From NCBI GenBank assembly GCA_951406725.2, contig OX597823.1, positions 40,486,001 to 40,550,000 on the forward strand: DNA of 64,000 bases, read 5' to 3'. This document shows positions 26,747 through 42,796 of the stretch, piece by piece (position 1 is the stretch's first letter; every line of letters starts with the position of its first letter). A program made the position numbers and the translations under genes. The DNA comes from Octopus vulgaris. Taxonomy: Eukaryota. Below the pieces are notes generated by a model that was not told where the DNA came from, did not search any database, and was given only the letters and a program-made list of their open reading frames with translations.

Positions 26747-27935
26747 TCAAGTCATTAAGAATGAAATGATCGATTTTGAACTGAAAGTTTATTTTACTTT
26801 ATCGCAATAAAAAGCAATGCAGTTAATCAAAGTATGGACCTATATTATTAATACAATTTTGCCATTTTATCGGTAGCTTATTTATGCCGGGAGCGAAGAT
26901 TTCTGGAGAGCAAGAGGTGATGAAATCACGGAAGGCTATTTTTGTATCTTCTTTATATTTGAAGGCTTTTTTTTTTTGCAAAAAGTTGTCTAATGCCTGG
27001 AAAACATGATAGTCAGTTGGTGCAAGGTCTGTTGAATATGGTGGATGACAGAGTATTGCCAAGTTCAGTTCCTGTAACTTGAGTAGCCTTCTTTGTGCAA
27101 CATGTAGTCGAGCATTGCCTCGCACGAGAATTGGCCTGTCTCTATTGACCAATGTCGGTTGTTTAATTGCAAGTTCACTCATCATTTCATCCAATTGATT
27201 TATGTATACATCCGCTGTAATTGAATTACCAGGTCTCATAAAACTGTCATGGATGACACTAGCACTGGGTCACCAAACAGACACCATTAGCTTTTTTCGG
27301 TGAATATTCTTTTTAGGATTGTGGTTTGGCACTTCGTCTCTGTCCAACCACCGTACAGAATGCTTGCTATTGTTGAAAAGAATCTATTTTTTATCACACG
27401 TAACAATACGAGGCAAAGCTGGTTCGCTTTTATGCCGTGACAACAAAAAGCAGTATATTTCAAGACGACGTGTCATTTAGTGCTCATTCAGTTCGTGTGG
27501 TACCCACTTGTCCAGCTTCTTTACCTTGCCGATATGTTTCAGATGGTCTAATACTACGCTGCTAACTCTCGCGTAGTTTGTGGTGTATCCGCTTCCACTA
27601 CAGTTTCCAGCTAATCATTATGCACCTTGCTCTTAGGTCTGCCACGGTGCTGGTTTTCAAGAGTAAAGTCACCAGACTGGAACTTCTCAAATCATCGACG
27701 TACAGTGCACTCATTCGTCAACACGAATTTTTTTCTATCCATGGGTCACAGAAATTGATTTACAAGAGAAAACTTACAATATAATCAGAATCAAACACCA
27801 CGAGTTTCATTTCGAAAAGTGATGATGTAACTCTTTAATGGTGTAATACAAAGAATTGTCAGGATAAAACATTAGAGTTAAAGACTGTCAAACTTAGTGC
27901 ATAAGAAAATCGGACATTTCATTCTTAATGACCAG

Positions 27936-27936
<1 letters not shown>
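26747..27936 (-). mobile_element. Mariner (DD34D) transposon, inactive
   Basis: ~30-bp TIRs (gtcattaagaatgaaatg..cgatttt), TA flanks; motifs KWVPHELN, RIVTCD, degenerate GNARLH, HPPYSTDLAPTDYHVF; stops and frameshifts. Confidence 0.92.
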
Positions 27937-27966
<30 letters not shown>

Positions 27967-28446
27967 TTTATGTATGTATGTATGTATGTGCGTATGTATG
28001 AATGTATGTATGTATATGTGTGCGTGTTCGTGTGTGTGTTGTGTGTAATAAATAACAAGCAAGTGGGTATTCTATTATTTCTATAATTGTTTTATTAGGA
28101 GTCTCTATTGTAACATTAGCTTAATAATATTAGTTGGATTGCGTAAACTTTTACGTAACTCCCAACTCGCCAGGGCCAGCAAATACACAAGTGAGCAGTA
28201 ACTTGTTGATTAGCCAGTAGATCATCAACAATTGGAATTTCCAACCAGAAATACTATCATTTAAGACGTTTACCGGCAAAATTCTTTCGGAACACTGTTG
28301 ACGTGTTTAATTAAGTGAATAAAAAACTAACGCTGAAGGAAAAGTTCTTAATTTGTCCATCGCCTATTAAATCTTACGGTACTGTAGGGCATACCCAGCA
28401 TACGATATCTGAGGTGTATTAAAACTCTTGCATATTTAGAATATAT

Positions 28447-28720
28447 GGGACGCATGACCTAGTGGTTAGGGTATTGCACTCATAGTCGAGAGATTATGGT
28501 TTCAATTCAATTCCCAAACCGAGTGGTGTGTTATATTCTTGAGCAAAGTACTTCATTTCACGTTGCACTGCGATCACTCCAACAATCAACGCGTGGTATA
28601 CCGTGCACATATTTGGACAACGGCGATTTGTTGGGAGGAGTACGCTCATGTACAGCACATGCGTTTGATCACTATAAACAAATTATTTGTGCAGGTCGTT
28701 CAGCAAAACGACTGAACACA
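28447..28720 (+). mobile_element. Degenerate tRNA-derived SINE (family D)
   Basis: gggacgcatgacctagtggttagggtattgcactc..ggtttcaatt..ccc head; body differs from families A-C. Confidence 0.65.
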
Positions 28721-29018
28721 ACTTGTTTATTAATCTGTAGATCATCAACAATTGAAATTTCCAATCAGAATTACTATCATTTAAGATATATACCGATAAA
28801 CTGTGAACTATAAAATATTTTTGTTTTTTCAGCTTATGGAACTTCGACATGGGAAAAATTTACAACTGTCTACGCCAATAAACCACTATTGCTCCTGAAG
28901 TTGTATTTTATACCTTCTACGGACTGCCCGAAGCTTACTAATTTTCTACACCTTCATCCTTGGATCTTACCTATACACACACACACAGATGCATATACAT
29001 ACATACATACATACATAT

Positions 29019-29069
<51 letters not shown>

Positions 29070-29158
29070 CATATATATATATACATATATATATACATAT
29101 ATATATATATGTATATATATATATGTATATATATGTATATATATATATATATATATAT

Positions 29159-29259
<101 letters not shown>

Positions 29260-29780
29260 CAGGGTGCAAGATATATATTGTCATCTAAATTACGCCAAAA
29301 TGAAAATAACACTGACATCTCATTTTAACAGATATATTTACCAAAATATACATAGCAAAAATATACATAAAAGATTACATAAAAATATTTTGAAGTACTA
29401 TAGAGTAAATTTATGCAATAAAATCGCCATTGGCCTCCACCACGGTCTCCAGACGACTTCGGAATCTCCTGCAACTCTTCTGGGCGGTCTCCTTGTTTAA
29501 GTTGGTGAATTCTCCCTTAATCCTTGCCTTCAGTTCATCCTTGGTGTTAGAAGGAGTTTTTTTGGTCTCACGCTTAACTGCACCCCACAGATAATAAACA
29601 AAGTGATTGCAGTCTGGGGAGTTAGGTGGCCAGATGTTAGGGGTGATTTGCTCACAGAAATTGTATGACAGCCCTGACTGCGTTCTTCTGCATGTGTGGC
29701 ATGATGCAGAGTCCTGTTGCCAGACATAGAGTCTTCCAACGGCCACCCTTTTGATCCAGGTAAGCACAACCTCCTGCAGA
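29260..29780 (-). mobile_element. Tc1/mariner maT-like (DD37D) transposon 3' fragment
   Basis: YVWQQDSASCHT...IWPPNSPDCNHFVYYLWG (37 residues to the mutated third D); terminus TA-cagggtg. Confidence 0.88.
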
Positions 29781-29789
29781 GACTATGAA

Positions 29790-30045
29790 CTTTTAATGCT
29801 TCTTTCGTCTTCTCTCTTTCCATCACCTTATTCTTTTACGCCCTTCCTCTATGTCGTCACCTTATCAATATATACCTTTCCCATTTTCGCTATTTTTCCC
29901 TCTATTTGTCTCTGATGACAGAATATCCGATATTCGGAGATATCCCAGAAACAGGTGTAACATTCTGAATTTCTTCCTATAGTAATATTATATACAACTT
30001 GAGATGGTTGCCTTGCCTTAATGTTTGCTGTCCTGTTTAACAATT
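29790..30045 (+). mobile_element. Short element with eroded hammerhead motif (29908-29963)
   Basis: gtct-CTGATGA-..atatccgatattcggagatat..-GAAA-caggtg-TA; 3' half atatcccagaaacagctgtaa recurs at 63169-63189. Confidence 0.55.
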
Positions 30046-30136
30046 ATATATAAAACACCTTTTATCATTTAATTGAATTTTTTCATTGTTGAAGTGATAA
30101 AAGGTGTTTTTTCTAATTGATATATATATATACATG

Positions 30137-30205
<69 letters not shown>

Positions 30206-30764
30206 GTCGTTCTACTACTTTCACGTCTAAAACCATTTAAGTTAATAGTAGAACCTGGAATCTTTCACCTATGTCTTCACCGAACCAGATCCACAGGTGA
30301 CCGAATCTCTTATGCTACTCACCAATAGCTTCTCGTGTTAAAAATAATATTATGTGAAAGCAATGTCTTTATACTGGTCGTCAATAAAGCTTTTGTCCGT
30401 GTCTGATATACAAACGTATCAAGACTGTCTCTGATCTCTTGAATCTTAGTTTCATCTGACGTGTACTATCGCAGCATCTCTCGAAGGAGCTTTTATGTTC
30501 ATCTCTCAATCAATTTTGGTGTTTCTAAGATTCTGTTTGTCTCTGCCGCTCCCTTCCTGCTATACACCAATGTCCTAAAGGCCACCACGATATACAGCCC
30601 TCACTTTCAAGCACATGACACGGTCCTTTGTTTCTATCTTACCACATAGACTACGTACTTTACTCGCCAACCCTGCATAGATTCCGTTAACGGAGACATT
30701 AAGAGAATCCTTCATTTGAGCCATGCGAACTTTGCTTCATTTAACAAAAGCTGGTATCTGCAAA

Positions 30765-31343
<579 letters not shown>

Positions 31344-31493
31344 TTAGAAATTGCACCGCTTACCCTTTTTAAACTTCAGCAGCACTTGGTCAGAGTCCTT
31401 ACATTGACTCTAAATACTGGGTTCCAATTTTTCCCAAATATCTTCTCCTGGCTAAAGCACATCTATAGTATATATATATATATATATATATAT

Positions 31494-31622
31494 ATAACAT
31501 AAGGGACAAGCCATCTGAATATGGCTAGGGACAGGGCAGGTGGTGGGGTGTACTGTTAAATGCAACAGTAACACCCCACCATCCTCTAGCCATATTCAGA
31601 TGGCTTTAGTCCCTTATGTTAT
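31494..31622. repeat. 129-bp near-perfect hairpin (fold-back/MITE-like)
   Basis: ataacataagggac, aagccatctgaatatggctag, tggtggggtgt and actgtt each pair with the downstream arm; 6-nt loop. Confidence 0.9.
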
Positions 31623-31664
31623 CGAGCAGTTACTGTCTATGTCTCTTTTAGAGAATTATTATTG

Positions 31665-31723
<59 letters not shown>

Positions 31724-31778
31724 TACATATATACATATATATATACATACATACACACACGCGCGCACACACACACAT

Positions 31779-31811
<33 letters not shown>

Positions 31812-31819
31812 GAGAGATA

Positions 31820-32195
31820 CAAGGTGCAAGATATATATTGTCATCTGAATTACGCAAAAATGAAAATAACACTGAGATCTCATTTTAACATATATTTACC
31901 AAAAATATACATAAAAAATTACATAAAAATATTTTGAAGTACTATAGAGTAAATTTATACAATAAAATCGCCATTGGCCTCCACCACGGTCTCCAGACGA
32001 CTTCAGAATTTCCTGCAACTCTTCTGGGCGGTCTCCATGTTTAAGTTGGTGAATGCTGCCATAATCCTTGCCTTCAGTTCATCCTTGGTGTTGCAAGGAA
32101 TTTTGTTGGTCTCACACTTAACTGCACCCCACACGTAATAAACAAAGTGATTGCAGTCTGGGGAGTTAGGTGGCCAGATGTTAGGGGTGATCACA
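31820..32195 (-). mobile_element. Second maT-like (DD37D) 3' fragment
   Basis: Colinear with 29260-29647; ITPNIWPPNSPDCNHFVYYVWG. Confidence 0.88.
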
Positions 32196-32310
32196 TCCTA
32201 AAGACTGACCCATGGGTTCAGCCCTCCCGCCTCAAAATATTTCAGATGCTGTTAATTTACAACGCTTAGTCATAGGCGGGTTCAATTATCCCAAGTTCTG
32301 CGCAGTGTTT

Positions 32311-32527
32311 TGAAGGCGGTGAGCTGGCAGAATGGTTACAGCGACAGGCAAAATGCTTAGCGGCATTTCGTCCGTCTTTATGTTCTAAGTTGAAATTCCG
32401 CCGATGTCGATTTTGCTTTTCATCTTTTCGGGGACGATGAATTAACAACTAGTGAAACACTTGGTTCGATTTAATCGACTTACCCGCGCTCCCCCAAAAG
32501 TGCTGGCCTTGTGCCAAAATTTGAAGC
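32311..32527 (+). mobile_element. SINE family B
   Basis: gaaggcggtgagctggcagaat..gtcgattttgcttttcatcttttcgggg. Confidence 0.85.
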
Positions 32528-33326
32528 CGATAGTTTACAAGGTTCAGGTGAGTACTGCACTCACATCAGCGATAGTGCTATCAATCAGTACATACACGCT
32601 CTGTACTTTATCTACGGAAGGGTCACTCCACTAAACAGTGTTTAATCATTGAAGGTCCTGTTCCATCCACTTCCCATCGGACCAGACTTCCTCTTCTCTC
32701 TGTCCTTTCTATCACTTCCATTCTTCGGAGATGGCTACTCTCCCATCACCACTCCTACCACACGTGCATCCCGATCCATTCGACTGTCCGTTTACTAACA
32801 CCTCGACCATATATTAGCTACCAAAGCCAGTTCTTTCTCCGACTGGAGTAATCTCCGTGAACCTGTCTTTACTTTAGGCATTCAACTGCCACATTTCGTA
32901 CGGAAAACCAGTGGTCTCATTCTTAACCGGTCTGAGAGACACAGCGTCATGGGCAACGCTGCAGTCGTTTAGGCTCAATAAATAAATATATCTATGTGTG
33001 TGCATGTGTGTACATGTAGGTGTATGTGTGTATATGTTAGTGTGAGTATATATAGTTGTATGTGTATATATGTAGGTAAGCACATGCATGTATACATATA
33101 TATGTGTGTGTATATATATATGTGTATGTAGATATATATATGTATATATATATATATGTAGATGTGCGCGTGTATATACACAGGAAGATGTATACTTGTT
33201 TATACATATATATATATATATATATATTAATTTAAAACGAGGGTGAAAAATTGAATATTAATTTAATTAACATCAATTTAACACCAATGGTCTTGCATAT
33301 TAAAATCTGAAGGTTCAGTATAATTC

Positions 33327-33386
<60 letters not shown>

Positions 33387-33796
33387 TGTATGTATGTATG
33401 TATGTATGTATGCATATATATGTATGTATTATGTATTATGTATGTATATATCTATACACACATACACACATGAAGAAGTGTATATACGTCTATGTATCTG
33501 TATTTCTTCGATGTAATGCGCGTGTATTCATTCACGTATACTTTTCTCTCTGTAGTAATGTTTCATACTCTATCTCCTCCTCTTTCTTTCCCCAATCTCT
33601 CTCTCTCTCTACCTACCTATGTGTGTGTGTCTGTGTGCAACGTTGTGAATGAAGATATTCGATGCACATATCTGATATCGTATAAATTTCTGACATACTC
33701 ATGCAATATCTAAACACGCACTTGCACACACGTGCACGTCACACAGCGGGGAAAGCCTTTGCATAAGAATTTCCTACTCAACGTATTCTGCAAATT

Positions 33797-33835
<39 letters not shown>

Positions 33836-33838
<3 letters not shown>

Positions 33839-34261
33839 TTCAGTCATTTGACTGCGGCCACGCTGGAGCACAGCCTTTAGTCGAGCAACTCGACCCCAGG
33901 ACTTATACTTTGTAGGCCTAGTACTTATTCTATCATTCTCTTTTTGCCGAACCGCTAGGTTACGGGGACGTAAACGCACCAGCATCGGTTGTCAAGCGAT
34001 GTTGGAGGGACAAGCACACACACACAAACATATACACACACACACATATGTATATATATATATATATACATATAGACGACGGGCTTCTTTCAGTTTCCGT
34101 CTACCAAATTCACTCACTAGGCTTTGGTCGGCCTGAGGCTATAGTAGAAGCCGCCCGATGCTATAGTAGAAGACACTTGCTCAAGGTGCCACGCAGTGGG
34201 ACTGAACCCAGAACTATGTGATTGGTAAGCAAGCTACTTACCACACAACCACGCCTGCGCC
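33836..34261 (-). mobile_element. SINE family A, full length
   Basis: Colinear with 1796-2250; small internal duplication of gctatagtagaag. Confidence 0.9.
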
Positions 34262-34283
34262 TATACCTATATATCTATATCTA

Positions 34284-34817
<534 letters not shown>

Positions 34818-35617
34818 TACATATATATATATATGTATGTATGCATGTATGAATACATTCATAACACATACATACATGCACACACACACTTATATAAATA
34901 TATATATACATACATACATATGCATATACATATATATATATATCTGTTGATTCACCAGAAGCGTGTTTGTATAGTGTATATTGTGTGATGTAGATGTATA
35001 CACCCTTTATACAGGAGCGTTGTAACCTTACAACTCCCTTAGATAGCGGGTGTGCATAGATTCACAATATAGCAGATAACTCTATTACTCTAGGGATTCA
35101 GTTAGGCACAACAATGCATGCAACATTGTAAAAATCTTGCCAATGCACGTCGCATACCTGTATGCATGTGTGTGTGTGTGAGTGTGTGCGTATGTGTGTA
35201 CGTACGTGTGTGTGTACGTACGTGTGTGTATGCATATATATGTGTGTGTGTGTGTGTGTTTGGATAGGGAAAGAGCAAGGTAGACAAAAATAGTTGCTAA
35301 TATCGCATTTATTCAATTAGTACCCTTGATTCCGCGACACACCCATTTACACACACCGCGCACGCGCACATGTGCATGCACACACACACACACACACACT
35401 CACGTCAGTGTGTGTGTGTGTATGTATGTGTGTATTTATATGAAAAATACTATGTACATAAGTGTGTATATGCATATATATATATATATATCTATATACA
35501 TGAATGTATATTCATACCTAGATACATATGACTGTATACACACACAGGCACATATATGCATACGTATATACATGATTGTATATATGCATATATATATGTA
35601 TATATATACATATATAT

Positions 35618-35651
<34 letters not shown>

Positions 35652-36324
35652 CGCATTTATTCAATTAGTACCCTTGATACATATATATATATATGTATAT
35701 ATAAATATGTAAATTTGTGTACATCTATACAAGAATATATGTGCGTGTTTATACAAACGCACGCACGCACGCACGCACTACCACGGACACTCGGACGTGC
35801 ACACGAACATACCCCAGCGCGCATGCACCCTTATACTCTGTGACATTTCCATATAACTCCACAACACTACAATTGCTTGTTAGGCGCTTGTTTAGTCTGT
35901 ATCTACACAACGTATGTGCTGCAACAGCTTGCTTCGAATCTTCCCGTTATGAGATCGCTATGTGTGCTAAATTGTGCGCGCGTGTGTTTTTGTGTTCGTG
36001 TCTGCGTGTGCCTATCTGTTTTTTTTGTTTTTTTTTTGTACTTAACCCTCAGCGTAAAGGTTCCTTACAGCTTCTCCTGTAGTTTATTTAAACATCGCGG
36101 CTAATGCCATTGAAGTATATAGCGCTTGTAATATTCGCGTTACGCTGACAGTTCCATGTGTTGAAGTTCAAGTGTTTGTACCCGTGTGTGTACGTTTATG
36201 TATGTGTATATGTGCTTGTGGTGGGTGTGTTTGTGTTTGTGTTCGTGTGTAACGTTGCATAAATATATTGGTATTATATAACATGCTTTATGGCTTGGAT
36301 TAAGTGCTACACAAACATACACAC

Positions 36325-36367
<43 letters not shown>

Positions 36368-36588
36368 ATGTATGAAACGAAACGTACATTCGCTAATGTT
36401 GATCAAATAAAATAAACTCATACACACGAAAAAAAAGACACGCGCCAATACAAACACACACCGCATACACACACACAAACACACATACACACATACACAC
36501 ACTCGCACTCACGCATGTGTACGTGCGTGTACATCAACCTACATATGTGTGTGTGAGCAATCATACATGCATACACATTATATATGTA

Positions 36589-36626
<38 letters not shown>

Positions 36627-37097
36627 CAAATAGATATAAAGACGTGTGTAGATAAACACACACATGCATGTATTACATAATATGCGTGTATACACAAACA
36701 CTTTTACCTCGAAATTTTGCGTATAAGTAAGTATATGTACATGTATATAACTTCACTTTGTTATATATGTATATATATATATGTGTGTGTATGCGCGCGT
36801 GTGTGTGTGTGTGTGTGTGTTTGTGTGTGTATATATATATATATATGTATGTTTATATTCATATACACACATATATATATATATATGCTTGCATATGTGG
36901 ATGCAGGCACGCAAGCATGCGTGCAGTGATGCACGTAAGTATGAATATGTATATGCGTATACGAACGCGTGCGCGTGCGTGTGTGTGTTACCGGCGTTCG
37001 CTTCGAGCTTTTATATAAGGAAGGTGTGACCAACATTTCGAACGATACGAAACAGAAAAAAAGATATGAATCTATGTGTATGAACATGGGTGTGTGC

Positions 37098-37133
<36 letters not shown>

Positions 37134-37367
37134 CCACACAGAGGACGTATGTTTATGCTTGTTTGTTATTAGAAGCGGTTACACATTTGTTTACAAGAGC
37201 GCACATTCATACGTATACTTGTGTTCGTGTCCATCTGCACATGCGTATATAAATATTCATAAATGCATACGTACATACATAAACACACACCCCATACACA
37301 TACATTTATACATTTGTAGTTGAGTTTACATATATTTATAGATAAAAACGCAATGCACTCAATAAGC

Positions 37368-37880
37368 GTTGCATGTATGTACTCTGTGTGTGTGTGTGTA
37401 TGTGTTGCCTGTATGTACTGTGTGTGTATGTGTATGTTGCATGTATGTACTGTGTGTGTGTGTATGTGTTGCATGTATGTACTGTGTGTGTATGTGTATG
37501 TTGCATGTATGTACTGTGTGTGTATGTGTTGCATGTATGTACTGTGTGTGTATGTACTGTGTGTGTGTATGTGTTGCATGTATGTACTGTGTGTGTATGT
37601 ACTGTGTGTGTATGTGTTGCATGTGTGTACTGTGTGTGTGTATGTACTGTGTGTGTATGTGTTGCATGTGTGTACTGTGTGTGTATGTACTGTGTGTGTA
37701 TGTTGTTGCATGTGTGTACTGTGTGTGTGTATGTACTGTGTGTGTATGAGTTGCATGTGTGTACTGTGTGTGTGTATGTACTGTGTGTGTATGTGTTGCA
37801 TGTGTGTACTGTGTGTGTATGTGTTGCATGTGTGTACTGTGTGTGTGTATGTGTTGCATGTATGTACTGTGTGTGTGTGT
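37368..37880. repeat. Minisatellite built from gttgcatgt(a/g)tgtactgtgtgtgtatgt units (~28 bp and longer variants)
   Basis: Repeated gttgcatg and gtactgtg cores within TG-rich sequence. Confidence 0.9.
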
Positions 37881-38149
37881 GCTTGTATATAATAACCATG
37901 TGTGCATTTACACATTATCTCAGATTTACTCTGAGTTTCATAAAAAGCCGCACACACACACACACACACACACATATATAGAAACATGCCTACACACAGA
38001 CGATGAGAAAGTAAGGGAGAGAGACATAGAGAAGGAGAGAGACATAGAGAGGGAGAGGAAGACAGAGAACGAAAGATGAAAAAGAGGAAGAGAGAGAGAG
38101 AGAGAGAGTGGGGTACTGTGGTGTGAGGGAAGCAAAAGCTAGATTTAAG

Positions 38150-38389
38150 GATCGAATTTAGCGTAAGGATTTATCGGGGAAACGGCTGGAGTATAAACTG
38201 GGTGACAGCTGGGTGACAGCTGGTATAAGGTGGAAGAGCAGAGAGAGAGAGAGAGCATGAAAGTGAGACAGAGATAGAGAGAGAGATAGAAAGAAAAAAA
38301 ATTAAAGAAATAACGATAGAAAGAGAGATAGTACCACTAGAAAAAAAAGAGAGAAAATAGGAGAGAGAGTGATAGAGGGAAAGAAAGCC

Positions 38390-38423
<34 letters not shown>

Positions 38424-38620
38424 AAGAGAGAAAAAGTGAGAAAGAGAAAGAGAAAGAGATAGAGAGAGAAGGAGCGCGCGAGAGGGAGGTGGCGCGGTGA
38501 TTACTGCGACAGTGTTTACGAAGAAGCTCGGAATACACACGCAGCACGGAGGGAAATACAAGCTTGCTTACAAAACGAGCGTTGAGAATTTCAAGGGGAT
38601 TTCATACTCCTTACGTATTA
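38150..38620 (+). promoter_or_regulatory. Candidate promoter / 5' end: CpG-containing unique islands in GA-rich sequence
   Basis: tataaa 38192, tandem ctgggtgacag 38198-38219, (GA)n tracts, gagcgcgcgagagggaggtggcgcgg; SINE-poor neighbourhood; inference only. Confidence 0.3.
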
Positions 38621-38749
38621 TTACATCTTTAAATTCTCCTCCAATCAATCAATTAACCAATCAATCAAATTATCTATCGATCTATCTCATATATGAAAAT
38701 ATACATATATATATATATCACATATATATATATATATGTATGCGTGTGC

Positions 38750-38789
<40 letters not shown>

Positions 38790-38924
38790 GGGGAAGCCTA
38801 CTAATTTATATATATATATATATATACATACATATATATTACATACATATATATACATATATATATATCTATATATCTATATAAATATATAGTTATATAT
38901 ATATATATATAGATATATATATAG

Positions 38925-38993
<69 letters not shown>

Positions 38994-39441
38994 CCTTAAA
39001 TCTCCCTTTAGATTATACAACGAATGTTCCTGGCGGTCGGAAACCTGTCACATTCCGCCAACGCAAAAGGGAAGAAAAAGAGGAGGAAAAAATTAAGGAA
39101 ACCAATGCGAAGAATGGAATATAGGAGGAATTCTACTGTGTTTTCTTATGTTTGTTGCTATTTTTGTGATTATAAAGGAAAATAAGGAAAGGAAAAAAAA
39201 AATCAGGTAAAATAAATACATACATATATATATACATACATACGTACATACATATATATATATATTGACATACATATATAAATATATATATATATAAGTA
39301 TAGAGTATAGTAAAGTATATATATATATATATGTTTATACATCATGGGTGTATAGATAAGTCTACTTCTGTCTTTCTCGCTATATATATATTTATATATT
39401 TGTGCATCTTTGCACATCTCTTTCTCTCTCGCTCTCTCTTT

Positions 39442-39491
<50 letters not shown>

Positions 39492-39570
39492 CAACATATA
39501 GATATATATATATATGAAAAAATAAAAGACAGAAAAGAAAAAAGAAAACCGATATATACCCATATACATA

Positions 39571-39627
<57 letters not shown>

Positions 39628-39876
39628 GTATATATATATATATACACACACAAACACGTTCATATATATATTTACATATATATGCATATAAGTGTGTGTG
39701 CATATGTCTAAATATACCTATATGTGTGTGTTTGTGTGGAATTATATACCCTAGTGTGTCTTCGAGCGGAGTGTGTGTGTGTTTTCTCAAATCTCTGATT
39801 GGAAACGCTGTAGAAGCGTGTTGAGTGCATACACATACATACGCACCCACACACACACATACACACACACACGTGT

Positions 39877-39919
<43 letters not shown>

Positions 39920-40689
39920 TAAATTCTAAATTCATGATTCGGTGTTGCCTTATATATTACATATATATATCTATATATATTTAATTACTTATATATATAC
40001 ATATGTATTTATATATAGGCACCGACAAACCGTTTCACCACCACCACTACCACCACCACCACCAACAACAACACACAACATAATAATCATACATAGAAAA
40101 CACCCCACTCGGAGTTGTATATAGACACATGCATGAAAGCAGTGGTGTAATTATTAACCTAAACGACCATGTTATCCCGGACTATACTTATTTTTCTACT
40201 ATATGTGGCTACAGCTAATGTTCGACAGATTTTAGGTAAGATATATTTACTTCTATATACACTTCTGGTTTTATTAATTGGTGCTATACGAAAACACACA
40301 CATATATATATATATATATACGTATGTACATACATGCATACAGACATACACACACATATATGTATGTATGTATGCGAACACAAGTTTATACTTTTTTGTG
40401 ATTGTTGTTGAACACGATGTACTCACAACTACTCCATAACATCTAACTAGCCAATACTATCAGCACGGTCACCACGCGTACACGTCCACATTATGCTATC
40501 CACCCGATCTTCTCTTGGCCTATCTTCCACATACACACACACACACACACACACGTACACACACAAACTCTCACTCACTCTCTTAACCGCCTTTATAGTT
40601 TCTCGGTATCTCTATCTTTCTGCCTATCTGTCTATCAGTCTGTCCGTCCGTCCGTCCGTCCGTCCGTCTGTCTTTCTCTTTTCGCTCCT

Positions 40690-40740
<51 letters not shown>

Positions 40741-40831
40741 GTTTATCTATCTACCTACCTGTCTCTGTGTCTCTGTCGACCTCTCTAAACGTCTAGCTCT
40801 CCGCATGTCTATCTTTCTATCCGTCCCCCTG

Positions 40832-40869
<38 letters not shown>

Positions 40870-41018
40870 TATCCGTCTGTCCGTCTATCCATCCGTCTGT
40901 CGGACTGACCGTCTGGCGGACTGACCGTCTGCCGGACTGACCGTCTGTCGATCCTCCTGTCTGTCCGTTCGGCTGTGTGTCCGTTTGTCTGGCTGACCCT
41001 CTCTCTAGCCGTCTGTCC

Positions 41019-41209
<191 letters not shown>

Positions 41210-41570
41210 CGTCTGTCTGTCTGTCTGTCTGTCGGTCTGTCCCAATCTACATCTTTCTCTGTCTCCTAACCCCCTCACTCTGTCTATCTATTTTCATATC
41301 GATGTCCATCTTTGTATCCATCTATCGATTTATGAAATATTGTAACTATTTATATTTTTGTCTATTTATATAGCCATGTATGTATGTTTGCATGTATGTA
41401 TGTATGCATGTATGTATGTATGTATGTATGTATGTATGTATGTATGTATGTATGTATGTATGTATGTATGTATACATGCGTATATGCGTGTATGTATGTA
41501 CGTTTGTATGTATGTATGTATATGAGTTTAAGACTATTTATCTGTGTGTGCAAGTATGTATATGTGCATA

Positions 41571-41623
<53 letters not shown>

Positions 41624-41697
41624 ATACATGTGTGATATTTGAGATTCCATCTTAACATTGCCACATACAATATATACAAGCACCCACATGTTTGTAG

Positions 41698-41740
<43 letters not shown>

Positions 41741-41745
41741 CATCC

Positions 41746-41820
<75 letters not shown>

Positions 41821-41858
41821 CATCCATCCATCCATCTATCTATCTATCTCTGTGTCTT

Positions 41859-41924
<66 letters not shown>

Positions 41925-41925
41925 A

Positions 41926-41980
<55 letters not shown>

Positions 41981-42038
41981 CATTTATCATCTATCTATCT
42001 ATCAATATATCTATATATCTATCTATCTATCCACTATC

Positions 42039-42125
<87 letters not shown>

Positions 42126-42331
42126 TCGTTCTTTCCATCTCTCCGTCTAGTTTATTGATACTGTCTTGTCCAGTCATGTACATATTTACGTCCACCCCCT
42201 CATTGATCTATCACTCAGTCACTCTGTAACAAAGTCACCCCCACCACTTTCAATCACTCCATTTCTTCTTCACGTCTCATTTCCCCTATTCCAGCCTCTG
42301 ATTTCACCTTTCGTTTCATTCTACACGCACA

Positions 42332-42392
<61 letters not shown>

Positions 42393-42514
42393 GCGTGTGT
42401 GTGTGTATGTGTGTGTGTGTTTGCGTGTGTATGTAAATATATACATATACATATATACACATGTATATATACATACATATATATATACACTCACGCACAC
42501 ACACACACACGCAC

Positions 42515-42550
<36 letters not shown>

Positions 42551-42796
42551 TTAGATGTGTGTGTGTATGTAAATATATACATATATATATATATATATAT
42601 AAGTATATATAAATATATATACATATACATATATACACATGTATATATACATACATATACACACACACACGCGCGCACGCACACACACACATACACACAC
42701 ACACATATATATATGTACACGTACATATTTGTATGTATGTTGTGTGAGTGTTCGCGCGAATGTTTATATTCTATGCGCGCTCATACATTACTTTGC

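Noticed and set aside
30052-30110. 19-bp AT-rich inverted repeat as a terminator or MITE
   Set aside because: Short, AT-rich and single copy; bacterial terminator logic does not apply
37368-37880. CRISPR-like array
   Set aside because: No unique spacers, low-complexity units, eukaryotic context
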